Shown in pieces: positions 37,313 through 50,714 of a stretch of DNA of 64,000 nucleotides. Below the pieces are notes generated by a model. That model worked only from the letters and a program-made list of their open reading frames with translations. It made no database searches and was not told the DNA's origin. The DNA lies in assembly GCF_006345805.1 (NCBI RefSeq), contig NC_043006.1, positions 15,562,001-15,626,000 of the forward strand. The letters run 5' to 3'. This stretch comes from Octopus sinensis. Its lineage: Eukaryota. Positions within the stretch are counted from its first letter, which is position 1. Each line of letters begins with the position of its first letter. The position numbers were made by a program, and so were the translations under genes.

Positions 37313-37989
37313 TACGTATGTATACATATGTATAATCACACAGATCGAGAGAGATGTACATATATATTGAATTTATTTTACTCACACAAACACACATACC
37401 TAACATACCTATGCACGCACAAGCATTGAAGCATATAGATACATGAAATATGCATGAAAGAATATAGGGTAGTATTAAACGTTTGAATCTATGTAATACA
37501 GGGAATATGCAGAAAATACCTGATTTATAGGCGCGAGCCCATAGTAACGAATATATGCTATTCCTTTTCGTCTTCAGTAGGCTTAAAGAAACAAATGACC
37601 GTAGAGTCAAAAGTTAGGGGAGGCATGTCGTTTTAAAGAAACTGCTTGTGCTGAAGGGAGAGCTGTTTCGAGTACCGATATATGTGCATAAACATTTGCG
37701 CGCGCGCGTGTGTGAGTTTGTATGTGTGTGTGTGATTGTGTATGTGTGTATGTGTGTGTGTGTATGTGTGTGTGTATTCAAATACGCGTGGCTGTGTGGC
37801 ATATATATATGTGTGTGTGTATGTGTGTATGTGTATGTGCGCGCACATGTGTGTATATATTTGTATTTATATATGTGTGTTTGTATATGTTTGTGCATAT
37901 ATATATGTGTGTGTATGTACATGTGTATGTGTCTGTGTGCGTGAATGTGTGTGTGCGTTTGTGTTTGTGTGTGCCTCTGCGTGTGTGTG

Positions 37990-38165
37990 TTTGTACCACC
38001 ACCGTTTAACAACCGCTGTTGGTGTATTTACGTGTTCGTTACCTAGCGGTTCGGCTCAATAGAATAAGTACAGATCCTTAAAATAATAATGGAGTCAATT
38101 CATTCATCTAAAAAATCCCTGAGGCGATGTTCCAGTATGGCCACTGTGCAATGACAGTGAAAAGA
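37990..38165 (+). mobile_element. SINE family D, diverged 3' half
   Basis: ACCTAGCGGTTCGG...AGAATAAGTAC...CCAGTATGGCC...GAAA. Confidence 0.7.
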
Positions 38166-38392
38166 CGCGATATTGATTTATAATATATACACATGACAAA
38201 TATGCGTATATTGGTGCAGTAATGGGCGTGTGGTTGAAAAATGAATTTGCCGACCACTGTTGTGCGTGTCATGTTAGGCAAATATTTTCTAAGAAAACTT
38301 GGTTTTGGGCAATAACTTCTCAGTGGAATCTGATCTGCCAAAAATTACGGATGCTTTTGTGTGAAACACGCGCACATACCTGTATACTTACA

Positions 38393-38461
<69 letters not shown>

Positions 38462-39390
38462 AACACACACTCCCACACGCATATATATATATATATATGT
38501 ATATATGTATATGTTTATTTAAGTTGCTTTGCGGTAAGGACTGTTTCAACGAAGTCGCGTCTTGTCCTTAACTTCGTAACGCGGAGTAAACGAAACAGGG
38601 ACAACTGAAGAAGGGGAATATTCCTTGTGTTGTATGTCTTGTACTCGGTTCTTTCGTTGTTTAAAAAATAGTTCGTTTCCATGTTTTTGTTTTTATATTT
38701 TCGTTTTTCATTGTGTTCAACGCTTTTTTTTCATGTTCTGTACCCATATATGCATGTATATATACATATAGATGTAGGTATGTACATATATGTATGTATA
38801 TATGCATATATGTATATATCATTTATATTATATATTATATGTATTTGGGCGTATTTATGTGTGTGTGTCTGCATATATTGATTAAGCCCTTGTGTGACGA
38901 TCTGCATGTATTCTGTTTATGTAGGCAATATATAAAGGTATTCCAAATGGAGAAATATTTATTGCCTCACGAATAAATTCCCATAAATGTTCTTATTGGT
39001 CGTATTTATGGAAATATTTTTCAATAAATCGTTTAAACCAGCAATTTAATTCGAACTTGTAAATTTGCAAGGAACTTTTATGTAAAAATATCAGTAAAAC
39101 ATCATCCATTTCACGGCGGCACATTTACAAACCAAACGTTTATTTCTAAAATTACAGACGCGTAGTTACCGATAGCATGTGTGGATATTAATTGATTTAG
39201 TGCTGCAAAATTATTACATTATATATTTAAGCATAAATTTGCAATCGATCATTTTGCTTTATGTTTATATCAATGAAAATCACAGCTTGACTTTGACGGA
39301 AGTTATCATAACAATCTAAGCATCGGCAGTAAATATTCTGTCACAGCAACTAAGCTTTATCCAAAGATATTATTTGACGCGCCAGTATAA

Positions 39391-39628
39391 CTCTTTACTC
39401 TTTTACTCTTTTACTTGTTTCGGTCATTTGACTGCGGCCATGCTGGAGCACCGCCTTTAGTCGAGCAAATCGCCCCCGGGACTTATTCTTTGTAAGCCCA
39501 GTACTTATTCTATCGGTCTCTATTGCCGAACCGCTAAGTGACAGGGACATAAATACACCAGCATCAGTTGTCAAGCAATGCTAGGGGGACAAACACAAAC
39601 ACACAACACACACACACACACACACACA

Positions 39629-39670
<42 letters not shown>

Positions 39671-39785
39671 TGGTCGGCCCCGGTCTATAGCAGAAGACAC
39701 TTGCCCATGATGCCACGCAGTGGGACTGAACCCAGAACCATGTGGTTGGTTAGCAAGCTACTTACCACACAGCCACTCCTGCGTC
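39391..39785 (-). mobile_element. SINE family D, internally deleted
   Basis: Tail and head match other D copies. Confidence 0.88.
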
Positions 39786-40084
39786 TATCTATAAATTTTA
39801 AATACTTCTCTATCGATGGGGCGGTGTGTAAGATCAGAATGATGGTGTTGATGTTTAAAAAGGTAATCATTAGAGTTATGGTTTCTGCGCACGATTAGTG
39901 GATTGTTGTTACTATCGTCCCTTGTATTTGGCTGGTTCTTTATGTTATCAACCCCGAAAAAAATGAACTAATATCGGTGGTTCAACGCATAAAGTAAATA
40001 ATCAGAACGAAGACCGCTAGACATTTTCTCCCGACGCCCTAATTCATTTACCGTCTCCTCACTCTAAGGAATTATTTCTAATTA

Positions 40085-40235
40085 TTGTAGAGGGCCAGCA
40101 ATTTTGAGGAGAGGGAGCAAGTCGATCCCACTGAACCCAGTATTTCACCAGTACTTTATCTCATGGCTCTGGAAAGGATGAAAGGAAAAGCTGACATAGT
40201 TGGGATTTGAGCTGTGAACTTAAAGAGAATGATAG
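40085..40235 (-). mobile_element. SINE family E fragment
   Basis: GGAAAGGATGAAAGGAAAAGCTGAC block. Confidence 0.6.
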
Positions 40236-41056
40236 AATGCCACTTAACAATTTTTTTTGTCCATCAATATAAACATCTTTTCGTCAGAAAGTGAATGTAG
40301 CATGTAACAATAACGGTATTGACCTAAATTTAGAAGGAAATCACAACTGTAGGTTTTAACTTAGCAGATACGAGCTGGCGCTCTAGTGCTACATCAGTTC
40401 AGTCATTTTGTTTCTAATAAAAATCACATAATACATTTGAATAAGATTTCATTGCAGTAAGGAAGAGGCACTGTGTCACTAGGTAATGATTTGGGTGTCA
40501 TAAGTTCGAATTTGCACTTGCCTTCTAAATCTAATATATAGATCTTCCTATAAAATGAAAGAAATATTCAATAACGTATTTTCTTAGAAAATGAGTTAGG
40601 TGCGAGAAATAGCTGCCAAAATCTACCTCATATAAAATATCAACAGTTTTACAATGGAAGATATAAAGCTAGGTATACATAAAAGAGAATAGTCATCCAT
40701 CCATCCATCCATCCATCTATACTACCATACATCTATCCATCCATATGTACATACATGCATCATGTATTCGTTCTAGACTAACAGGAACTCTTTGTCGTAT
40801 AGCTTCTACTCCTATCAAATGCGGAATCATATGATGTGCACTGTACCTTTACCATACACATACGTGCACACGTATGAATACAATAAGGTACGCGGAAAAA
40901 TTCTAACTGAATGAAAAACTGAGTCTCTATTTTTGCATGGCAGTTGGTCATGGCGGTGAGGAAATGGGTAAATTGAATCACAGCCCTGTGCGAGAGAACG
41001 CATGTATAATGCATCACTGAAAATATCTGGAATTTAAGTTCTATTTCTAGTGAATG

Positions 41057-41390
41057 CGCGTGGCTTAATGGTTAGTGTTATTCGGCTTACTATCGTGAGG
41101 TCGTGAGTTCGATTCCCGGCGGCACATTGTATCCTTTAGCAAGAAACTTTATTTCACGTTGCTCCAGTCCACTCAGCTGGCAACAAACGAGTTTCAACTG
41201 TATTTCAAAGGGCCAACCTTCTCAGATTCTGTGTTTACACTGAATCCCCCTCAGAACTAAGTTAAAGGTACACGTGTCTGTGGAGTGCTCAGCCACATGG
41301 ACGTTAACTTCGCGAGCCGGCTGTTCTGCTGATCGGATCAACTGTAACTCTCGCCGTTGTTACTGACGGAATGCCAGTTCGGTTCAAGTT
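41057..41390 (+). mobile_element. tRNA-derived SINE, family F
   Basis: GTGGCTTAATGG A-box, GAGTTCGATTCC B-box, core AGCAAGAAACTTTATTTCACGTTGCTCCAGTCCACTCAGCTG. Confidence 0.7.
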
Positions 41391-41653
41391 CTATTTCTGA
41401 ACAGCACAATTGAGACATGTATATGAGCCATTGCAAGTATAATTGGAACTGTAGCAGCGATGGTTCAATGGTTATTTTCACACACATACACATAGGCACA
41501 CACACAGATACACACGCGCATTCCATGCACGAATGTACACACACATTCTACTCTCGCACACATATACTTATGCATAACTATATGGCACAAATGCATATAT
41601 AGATATACATACACATATGATATATATAAAAACATTCATATACACATACATAT

Positions 41654-41824
41654 GGCGCAGGAGTGGCTGTGTGGTAAGTAGCTTGTTTACCAACCAAATG
41701 GTTCCGGGTTCAGTCCCACTGCGTGGTACCTTGGGCAAGTGTCTTTTACTATAGCCTCGGGCCGAGCAAAGCCTTGTGAGTGGATTTGGTAGACGGAAAC
41801 TGAAAGAAGCCCGTCGTATATATG

Positions 41825-41858
<34 letters not shown>

Positions 41859-42073
41859 CTTGTACGTTTGTGTGTCTCTGTTTGTCCCCCTAGCATTGCT
41901 TGACAACCGACGCTGGTGTGTTTATGTCCCCGTCACTTTGCGGTTCGGCAAAAGAGACTAATAGAATAAGTACTGGGCTTACAAAGAATAAGTCCCGGGG
42001 GTCGAGTTGCTCGATTAAAGGCGGTGCTCCAGCATGGCCGCAGTCAAATGACTGAAACAAGTAAAAGAGAAAG
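41654..42073 (+). mobile_element. SINE family D, full length
   Basis: Matches 22437 and 28879. Confidence 0.92.
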
Positions 42074-42399
42074 AGAATATGTATATTTATATGCATGTAT
42101 ATACAAACATAAAATACGCCAATGTAAGCATACATATGAATACATTTTAAAACAAATACATACTTGAGTACATAAGCAAACACACGCATGCATACCTATA
42201 TTCGCTCATAATCCCACTCAAATGCCCGGATATAGAAAACCATACATGCACGCGTATATATTCACAAATTTATAAACAATCGTGAATGATGTTAAACGAG
42301 GTAAACGCTTCACTCCCCCTTCCCGGAACTCTCATTCACTATATATATATATATGAGTGTGTGTATGTATGCGTATAAGCACGTATGTGTGCGACTGTG

Positions 42400-42475
42400 T
42401 TTGTATGTATGTATGTATGTATGTATGTATGTATACAAAAGCATGTACATTCGTACATGCATGCACACACATACA

Positions 42476-42507
<32 letters not shown>

Positions 42508-42527
42508 GACAGATAGACAGACAGGTT

Positions 42528-42593
<66 letters not shown>

Positions 42594-42600
42594 CAGACAG
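42400..42600. repeat. (TATG)/(TACA)/(GATA)n microsatellites
   Basis: Visible. Confidence 0.95.
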
Positions 42601-42790
42601 TGGGATCAGGTTTTCTAGAAAATACAATTATTTTATTATTTTCATTGCAATTGTTTGTTAGTTCGCTTTGTTTTGTTTGGAAGAAATGTAACATGCCCAC
42701 TTCCCACCTCTTCAAGGTCTTTTCAGATCACGAAAATGAATGGAGCAATAACCTACCTGATTCTCACTTCGTTGACGTTAGGCTTATATT

Positions 42791-43094
42791 GTTTGTTCCT
42801 TCTCGAGTCATATCTGGCTCATAAGGGCCGGTTTCTCGGTTTCCTTGGCGTATAGGTTCCCCACCTGGACGGGTCGTCGGTCCGACGTAGGTGAGCTGCA
42901 AGATGCAGGAGGAAAGAGTGAGAGAAAGTTGTGGCGAAAGAGTCAGCAGAAGGTCGCCATTTCCTTCTGCCGGAGCTGCGTGGAACTTAGGTGTTTCGCT
43001 CATAAGCACACACATCGCCCAGTCTGAGATTCGAACACGCGATCCCACGACCGCGAGTCCACTGCTCTAACCACTAGGCCATGTGTCTCCAGCC
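42791..43094 (-). mobile_element. tRNA-derived SINE, family B
   Basis: 11-bp TSD AGGCTTATATT (42780-42790 / 43095-43105). Confidence 0.92.
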
Positions 43095-43953
43095 AGGCTT
43101 ATATTAATAATTCGAAAATATTTTGACCGTAGCATATATTAGTGTACTGCTACCGCGCTTTATATGTACACTGAGTTTTGTATTGTAATTTGCAATTCAT
43201 ACAGATTCGACAATGTGTTACAAGATTTTTTCTATAAGGGATGTCTATGTTATTATCTGTGCATCGGTGGACTTTCTTTTGTCGTTTATTATATTATAAA
43301 GTGTTACAGTCATTACTCTTTCTTGTAGCTGAATGGCCAGTAAGTGACAATGCATGATCTTGTTTGTCTAATGTTACTGTAAAATCATGGAGTTAACGTT
43401 TACGATTGTCTATGAATTTATAGATTACAATAGTAATCTAAACTTCCTATTCACTGCCATGCTTATCGTTTGTTGTACAGAGGAGAATTTTTCTATTTGT
43501 GCTCTTGTAATACATTATTAATCCAAGTTTACGAGTGGGTGTAATGCAGGTTTTGCGCTGCTAGACAAAGCGTTTATCTATTCAATTTTGGTACATATTA
43601 TATACTATAGATGTCGTTTATTTCTTTTTTATAGGTGTCATGCCTCCTATATTAATTGTATTGAATTTATTTCTGTATAATAGTGCTGCTTGGTATCCTA
43701 AATTATTTGCATGTCCATTACTGATTCGCGTTCACCTTTTATTTTTAAATTCGATTATTTTATTGTCGCAAAACTTCTGTGGAGGCGAATATAAAAAGGT
43801 GTTACAAATAAATATCCTGGCAATCATTAAATATATAGAGTCATAAGCATTTACTGGTACTTATAACATATATTTTTGTAATATGTATATATTGTTTCAT
43901 TTTACATTTGTATCTAAAAAGCAATGAGAAAATGTATTTTTCCTAGTGTCTTG

Positions 43954-44520
43954 ATATTCCTACCACTCTATATCACGCTGATGAGACCCATATTGGAGTA
44001 CGGGATTCAAGCCTCTTCTCCTTATCTCCTCAAAGACATACAGCATCTCGAAAGAGCCCAGAAGCTGGCTACCCGCATGGTTCATGGTCTCAAAAATTTG
44101 TCCTATGAAGAAAGGCTGAGGACGCTCGACCTTTATTCTCTAGAAAAACGCCGCCGCCGTGGTGATCTCTTTCTCGCCCACAACATCATAAGCGGAAAGT
44201 GTAACCTCTCGAAAGAGCTGTTCTTCACTCCTCCTCCAGAGCGTCGGCTGCGGGGTCATTCCGAAAAGCTCTACCTACGACGATATCATCTCAATCGAAG
44301 GAGAGGAGCTTTCTCCGTCCGGGTTGCGGATCCGTGGAACAAGCTGCCAGACGAGATGGTGAAGATGCCGACGACCGCTTTGTTCAAAGCCTCCCTTGAC
44401 CTCAAGTGGCCTGAACTCTTTACATGAACACCACCCTGTACATAACTCCATGTCCCCCTACATGGCTTTGCTATTTGCTTTTGAGCCAAATTAACTAACT
44501 AACTAACTAACTAACTAACT
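43954..44520 (+). mobile_element. 5'-truncated copy of the young CR1 LINE
   Basis: 21 substitutions counted over ~540 bp versus 54327-54865; open ORF2 C-terminus; 3' stem-loop CCATGT/ACATGG; (AACT)n tail. Confidence 0.95.
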
Positions 44521-44754
44521 GTATTTTAAAATGGAAAAGTAGAGAATAGAGGTATTTCCAAACCATATATTTGGTTTCTAAGTTTTTAGTTCCTTTCGAA
44601 TATATCCGCTGTGCAGCTCTAAATTGTGTTTTGATATACGTAAATTCCTTTCCACATTTATCGGTTTAATCTCATATTAATACATATATACACACAAATA
44701 CAAAATACATATACATACACACACACTATTTCAGAACAAACACATTCATATTGC

Positions 44755-44895
44755 TTTCAATTTTTGGTACAAGACCAGTAATTTTGGAGAAGGTTTCGGT
44801 CGATTACATGGCCCTGGTGAAGTATGAAAGGCAAAGTCGATCCCGGCGGAATTTGAACTCAGAATGTAAAGGCGGGCTAAATGCCGCTATGCATT
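44755..44895 (-). mobile_element. SINE family E fragment
   Basis: GAAAGGCAAAGTCGATCCCGGCGGAATTTGAACTCAGAA. Confidence 0.7.
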
Positions 44896-45522
44896 TATAT
44901 TAAAACAAATAAATAGCAATAGAGATTTTTAATTTAAACACAAGTTTAGCAGTTTTCAAAGATGGGCATTTATCTGCAACATCCATCCGAGCACTAGACA
45001 GGTATACTATTTCACTGAGACCACAGAAATGAAAAAAAAAACAATAACAAAAAATGTTAGGAACTGAACCCACGACATAAAGAGCAGGAACAAATGATGC
45101 AACGCAGTTTCCCAGGGTTGGACAAAATAATGGAAACACCTTAAAATTTCAAAAAATTTATTTTAATATGGGGTAGGACTGCCTTTAGCAGTAATTACAG
45201 CTTAAATTCTACGAGCTGTATACATATAGGCGCATGTACGTAAGTGTTCAGGCGCACAAGTGTATGTATGGACATGCGCGCTTACGCGATTACTATGAAC
45301 GTTTTTACTCCCTTACCTTTACTCCCCTTACTTAGCTGTCATTCTAATAGCTCTTTTGTCTTAATAACGGTCAATCACACAGTAATTTGGCTTTGTTTTA
45401 ACGGTCATTTTCATAGCACTTTTTTCGATGGCCCGATAACTGAAGAGTTGCCGGCGTGGGTTTCCTCCCCGACATCCGAAACTCGGAGTTTTATCATGGC
45501 TACCGAATAAATGTCACATATG

Positions 45523-45560
<38 letters not shown>

Positions 45561-45564
45561 ATGT

Positions 45565-45625
<61 letters not shown>

Positions 45626-45927
45626 CGCGTTTATTGGTTGTTTACAGATATATGGACAGATAGATATCAATAGGTTTATAGACAGCATGTATGAGAGAGA
45701 TAAATAGGGAAAGGAAGACTGAGACAGATCAATATGAATATGTAGATATATTGATAAACAGTCAGAAATCTATATTTGTTGATGGCATGAAATGATCCAA
45801 TGTCGAATACTCTGCATATTTAATGCTTTTTTCTCTAGATTTATTGTAATACAAACATTTAAACCAATAAATAATGTACATGCAGATAAATACTTGTGTG
45901 TACGCCTGTATTTATATATATATATAT

Positions 45928-47200
45928 GTATGTATATGGTATTCTTATATATATATATATATATGTAGGTATGTATACATGTATATACACACAGACATAT
46001 ATATATATGTATATGGTATTCTATATATATATATATATGTAGGTATGTATACATGTATATACACACAGACATATATATATATATGTATATGGTATTCTTA
46101 TATATATATATGTAGGTATGTATACATGTATATACACACAGACATATATATATATATATGTATATGGTATTCTTATATATATATATATGTAGGTATGTAT
46201 ACATGTATATACACACAGACATATATATATATATGTATATGGTATTCTTATATATATATATATGTATATGGTATTCTTATATATATATATATGTATATGG
46301 TATTCTTATATATATATATATGTAGGTATGTATACATGTATATACACACAGACATATATATATATATGTATATGGTATTCTTATATATATATATATATGT
46401 AGGTATGTATACATGTATATACACACAGACATATATATATATATGTATATGGTATTCTTATATATATATATATGTAGGTATGTATACATGTATATACACA
46501 CAGACATATATATATATATATATGTATATGGTATTCTTATATATATATATATATGTAGGTATGTATACATGTATATACACACAGACACATATATATATAT
46601 ATATATGTATGTATATGGTATTCTTATATATATATATATGTAGGTATGTATACATGTATATACACACAGACATAATATATATGTATATGGTATTATATAT
46701 ATATATATGTAGGTATGTATACATGTATATACACACAGACATATATATATATGTATATGGTATTCTTATTATATATATATATAATATGTAGGTATGTATA
46801 CATGTATATACACACAGACATATATATATATATGTATATGGTATCTTATATATATATATGTAGGTATGTATACATGTATATACACACAGACACATATATA
46901 TATATATGTATATGGTATTCTTATATATATATATGTAGGTATGTATACATGTATATACACACAGACATATATATATATGTATATGGTATTCTTATATATA
47001 TATATATGTAGGTATGTATACATGTATATACACACAGACACATATATATATATATGTATATGGTATTATATATATATATATGTAGGTATGTATACATGTA
47101 TATACACACAGACATATATATATATATGTATATATATATATATGGTATTCTTATATTATATATATATATGTAGGTATGTAACATGTATATACACACAGAC

Positions 47201-47210
<10 letters not shown>
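45928..47210. repeat. Minisatellite, 16 units of ~65-85 bp with variable (TA)n linkers
   Basis: Unit TGTAGGTATGTATACATGTATATACACACAGACA(TA)n-TGTATATGGTATTCT(TA)n; 16 occurrences of the GTAGGTATG block counted. Confidence 0.95.
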
Positions 47211-47275
<65 letters not shown>

Positions 47276-47759
47276 TGTATGTATCATAAGGTTTTCTATG
47301 TACCTACTCAAAGAAATAGGAAACGAACTAGTAATATATGTTAAGATAATTCAACAGACATTTAAATAGACATAAACTTGGGGAGTTTGTAAGCAAATAT
47401 ATTACCATACTCACACATTCACTTAACCCCTAGAACACATATACGCGCGTGCACACACACGCACATACACATTTATTTTTTTAGGTATGTATTTGTCGCC
47501 AAACTCTTATTTTGTCTGATATATAATTAGACTATATATGTAAGTCATATGAATTTGGTAAATTTGTCTCTTAGAAACAATATATTTTTCTCATTGTATA
47601 TATCATGTATTCCTGTCAGTAGATCTGTCTTTCTTAGTACCACGCTTATTTTAAACCGAATACATTTGTATTGGTATTTGATTGTAATGTATAGGCTGTA
47701 AGTAGCAACGTTTAACTATCAAGTAAGCTTATGAACGGGTTCGATACAGCAGTGGATTT

Positions 47760-48250
47760 ATTACACTTCATGTAAGAAATGTATGCGGGTATTTTGAGAA
47801 TACATCACGCAGTGACAAGCATGCCCGGTATTATGGGCTGTCCTTTGGCAAGACGTAGCACCCGTTCAACCACCTGTGAAGGGTACGGTGAAGTTATGGG
47901 ACTGCAACATGGTGGATTGTGAAGAGGTAGCGGAAGAACTCAACCGGGTCACATTGACGTTGAGCAGAAGAATCCTAGATCAACCTAGGGGTTGTTGTTG
48001 TTGGTGTTGCTAAGCAACAAGACGAGTAAGGGTGATTAGGTAATGGTCTACGGCTTAGGGGCGGGAGACGCCAGACCTTGGAAAAAAACTTTGGTCGTCT
48101 TGTAGTCGAGGGCTCTTCTTTGACGCCCGACAGCACTGGGAAGTGGCTCTCGAAGTCGTTGGAAATGGAGATCTCCAAGTTCAAATTCTTGAACAGCCTT
48201 CCATGTGTTCATGGTTGTGTAATCAGGTAATGAAATATTCACTACGACTC
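47760..48250 (-). pseudogene. Degenerate LINE fragment (ORF1 end and start of APE endonuclease)
   Basis: RILLLNVN..., EFFRYL..HHVAV and LNGCYVLPKDSP resemble the APE N-terminus (LNVN / IAVLQET / GY.VLRKDR); frameshifted; GC-richer than the flanks. Confidence 0.4.
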
Positions 48251-48559
48251 AAGATCCCAGTTCAAATTCAATATAATGGAATTGGATGGTGACAGAGAGT
48301 CGTGGGAATCCGTAAAAGTAACCGGAAAAATGTTGCTATTGATTTTGAAATAGTCATGTGTATCCTAACTATATTTTCGTCCCTACATTTCTTTGTTTAT
48401 TTGAGTTATTTCAAGGTGCTGGCCATCAAGCAGAATAAATTTGGAAAAACAATTTCATCATCAAACGCAACCAGAGCGACAATTAGTGTGACCCGTTTTG
48501 ATATTAAAAAAAATTTTGTTCAATGAGGAGAATAAATATTTAAATTTAATTGAATGCAG

Positions 48560-48950
48560 CCATGGTTGTGTAGTTAAAAAGCTCGATTTGTAACCACGTG
48601 GTTTCTGGTTCAGTACCACTGTAGAGCACTTTCAGTACGTGTTCTACTATAACCCCAAGCTGACCAGTATCTCGTGAGCGACTATTTTTTAGTGGTGGGG
48701 GCGGACCCAAATTATGTGGAAGTACGTCGTGTATATGTTTATGTGTGTATGCTTGTTTGCTTTTGTCCCCACACCACTTGACAACAGGTGTTGATTCGTT
48801 TACAACCCCGTAATCTAGCGGTTTCGCAAAAGAGCTAAATAGAATAAGTAACAGATATAAAAATAAGTTCTAGTGGTGATTGTTCGACTAAAGCTTTCAT
48901 CGCGGTGTCCCAGCACAGCCATAGTGTAATGAGTGAAACAAATAAAAAAA
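48560..48950 (+). mobile_element. Old SINE family D-like copy
   Basis: Diverged head, AGAATAAGTA and CCAGCACAGCC...GAAACAA tail. Confidence 0.65.
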
Positions 48951-49794
48951 AAAAGAAAATGGATAAAGATGATAAACTGAGTCAGTGACTAATGAAGAAA
49001 ATCCTCATGAGCATATGACTTTGGTATGGTAACTTTATGGTATCGTTATCTCACTTCGTACATACATTAGTATGTTTTCTTCTTATTTCTTCTTTCTTTT
49101 CCGCTCTTTAAAAGATGTTGTTAGACGATTCGTTGCGAGTTTCATTTTATAATTTGCTTTCGCTGTACACAATAATCTCGTGAAATGATAATATTTGGTG
49201 AAAATGTTTTCTGAAAAGACAAGTTATATTTTAACAGATAAACAGATAAACACCATACTGTTCTCTAACCAAATGCATCGATTTGGCATGCTTACATAAA
49301 TATTTATTATTGTTCTGTAAGTAAGAGTTTAACATGAAGTGAACTCGAGATTTTCTTAATATTTATTTGTACATTGGATTCAACTAATAATTCTTGCCAC
49401 ATGAACCAACAAGGAAGATTTGAGCCAATGTAGAAACATCTAGATGTTTATTTTACATGATAGAAACGTTGGTCAAATCACTCTCAAATTAGCCCTTCAT
49501 AGAAATCGAATCATATCTGGATAATGTAGATACACCCTGGAATACTCACAGATCATATGTATAATCGATATGGGCTAAATGAGATAGAATCATCATGGAT
49601 CATACCACTTCGTCTATCTAGGCTAACCTTGAACCAAGCAACAATTTCTCTTCATATTACTAAAAAATACCTTATAATCTAGAAAAGTGATAAACGAAAC
49701 ATGACGTTCATACATTTATATCAATATATGTGATATATTAATATAATTACATACATACACGCAAACACACACACATACACACACACACACTATA

Positions 49795-50215
49795 TCTATG
49801 GCAATCCCTCAAGGTCGAGGATGATGGTCTTCGCGCAAATTTATTGGTGAGTCCGCAGGTGACTGATAAGACCAATTCTTGCTCGAAAAGATCGGTCACA
49901 GTGCGGACATCAAGTGCCGGAAGGGAGAGTCGTACGTGGTTGTTGTTGGTGCTCCTTCCGTCGTCGTCTTTTCTCCTCCAGCTCTGCAGACCTTTTCGAC
50001 TCGAAATTCGCCGTTCCCTCATGGATGGTGGTTTTCCAGAGTGGTCTGTTTTTTGCCGTTTCCTCCCAGTTGGTGAAGTTAATGTCACACTTTTTGAGGT
50101 TCGATTTCAGGGAGTCCTTGTAGCGTTTCTTCTGGCCTCCTTTTGTACGCTTGCCGTCTTTGAGTTGGGAGTAGAAGATCTGTTTGGGAAGTCGTTCGTC
50201 AGTCATAGAATGACA
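49795..50215 (-). mobile_element. 5'-truncated RTE-clade (BovB-like) LINE 3' end
   Basis: MTDERLPKQIFYSQLKDGKRTKGGQKKRYKDSLKSNLKKC...W...GT*CPHCDRSFRARIGLISHLRTHQ* (C2H2 finger after one in-frame stop); (TG)n on both sides. Confidence 0.9.
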
Positions 50216-50714
50216 CACACATACACACATACACACACACATATCAAGGGAAACCATCTTCCACCAAGAATCAATATCAGTCAGCTGACAACGCTCCACA
50301 AAATAAATTTGTTATTTCTTATACTCGGTACTGAGACAAACCACCAACAAATAACAACGTTGATTGTACGTTGGTTTGTGTTTTCACAAAATTCAATTTA
50401 GATAGCAAACGGATTAACTAATTTTCTTACTAGCCAATTATGCGCAATTAAAATTTACAAGATTGAAACCTGAAATGAACTTGGCATTGTAGCTCTAAAT
50501 AGGTATGGAAGTTGTAAAACTAATCTTTTTTCATCTGTGACACTACTGAATACATGATCAATGAATCGCTTGAGTTCTAGATTTAAGTTCAAACCTTCCT
50601 CCAAAAATCATTAGCTGCGAGAAACAAGTATTGAGCTCAGAGATTGAAAACTGACAGAAAATGGAGCTTATAATCGGCTTTATGTTATTTTGAGATTCAA
50701 AAAGAGAAACATAT

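Noticed and set aside
38520-38660. CTGAAGA followed by a hairpin, as a possible hammerhead
   Set aside because: No GAAA after stem II; topology cannot be completed.
43933-43953. TGTATTTT as TSD of the truncated CR1
   Set aside because: The upstream copy is separated from the element by 13 unexplained bases; an 8-mer this AT-rich is weak evidence.
43954-44490. All 8 purine transitions between the two CR1 copies are A in the short copy and G in the long copy (ADAR or APOBEC signature?)
   Set aside because: Conserved residues (LVRP, VQR) indicate G is ancestral, so this is not A-to-I editing; 8 G>A versus 3 C>T in the short copy is too few to claim strand-biased deamination.
45928-47210. CRISPR-like repeat-spacer array
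   Set aside because: The spacers are only (TA)n of variable length, the context is eukaryotic and there are no cas genes.
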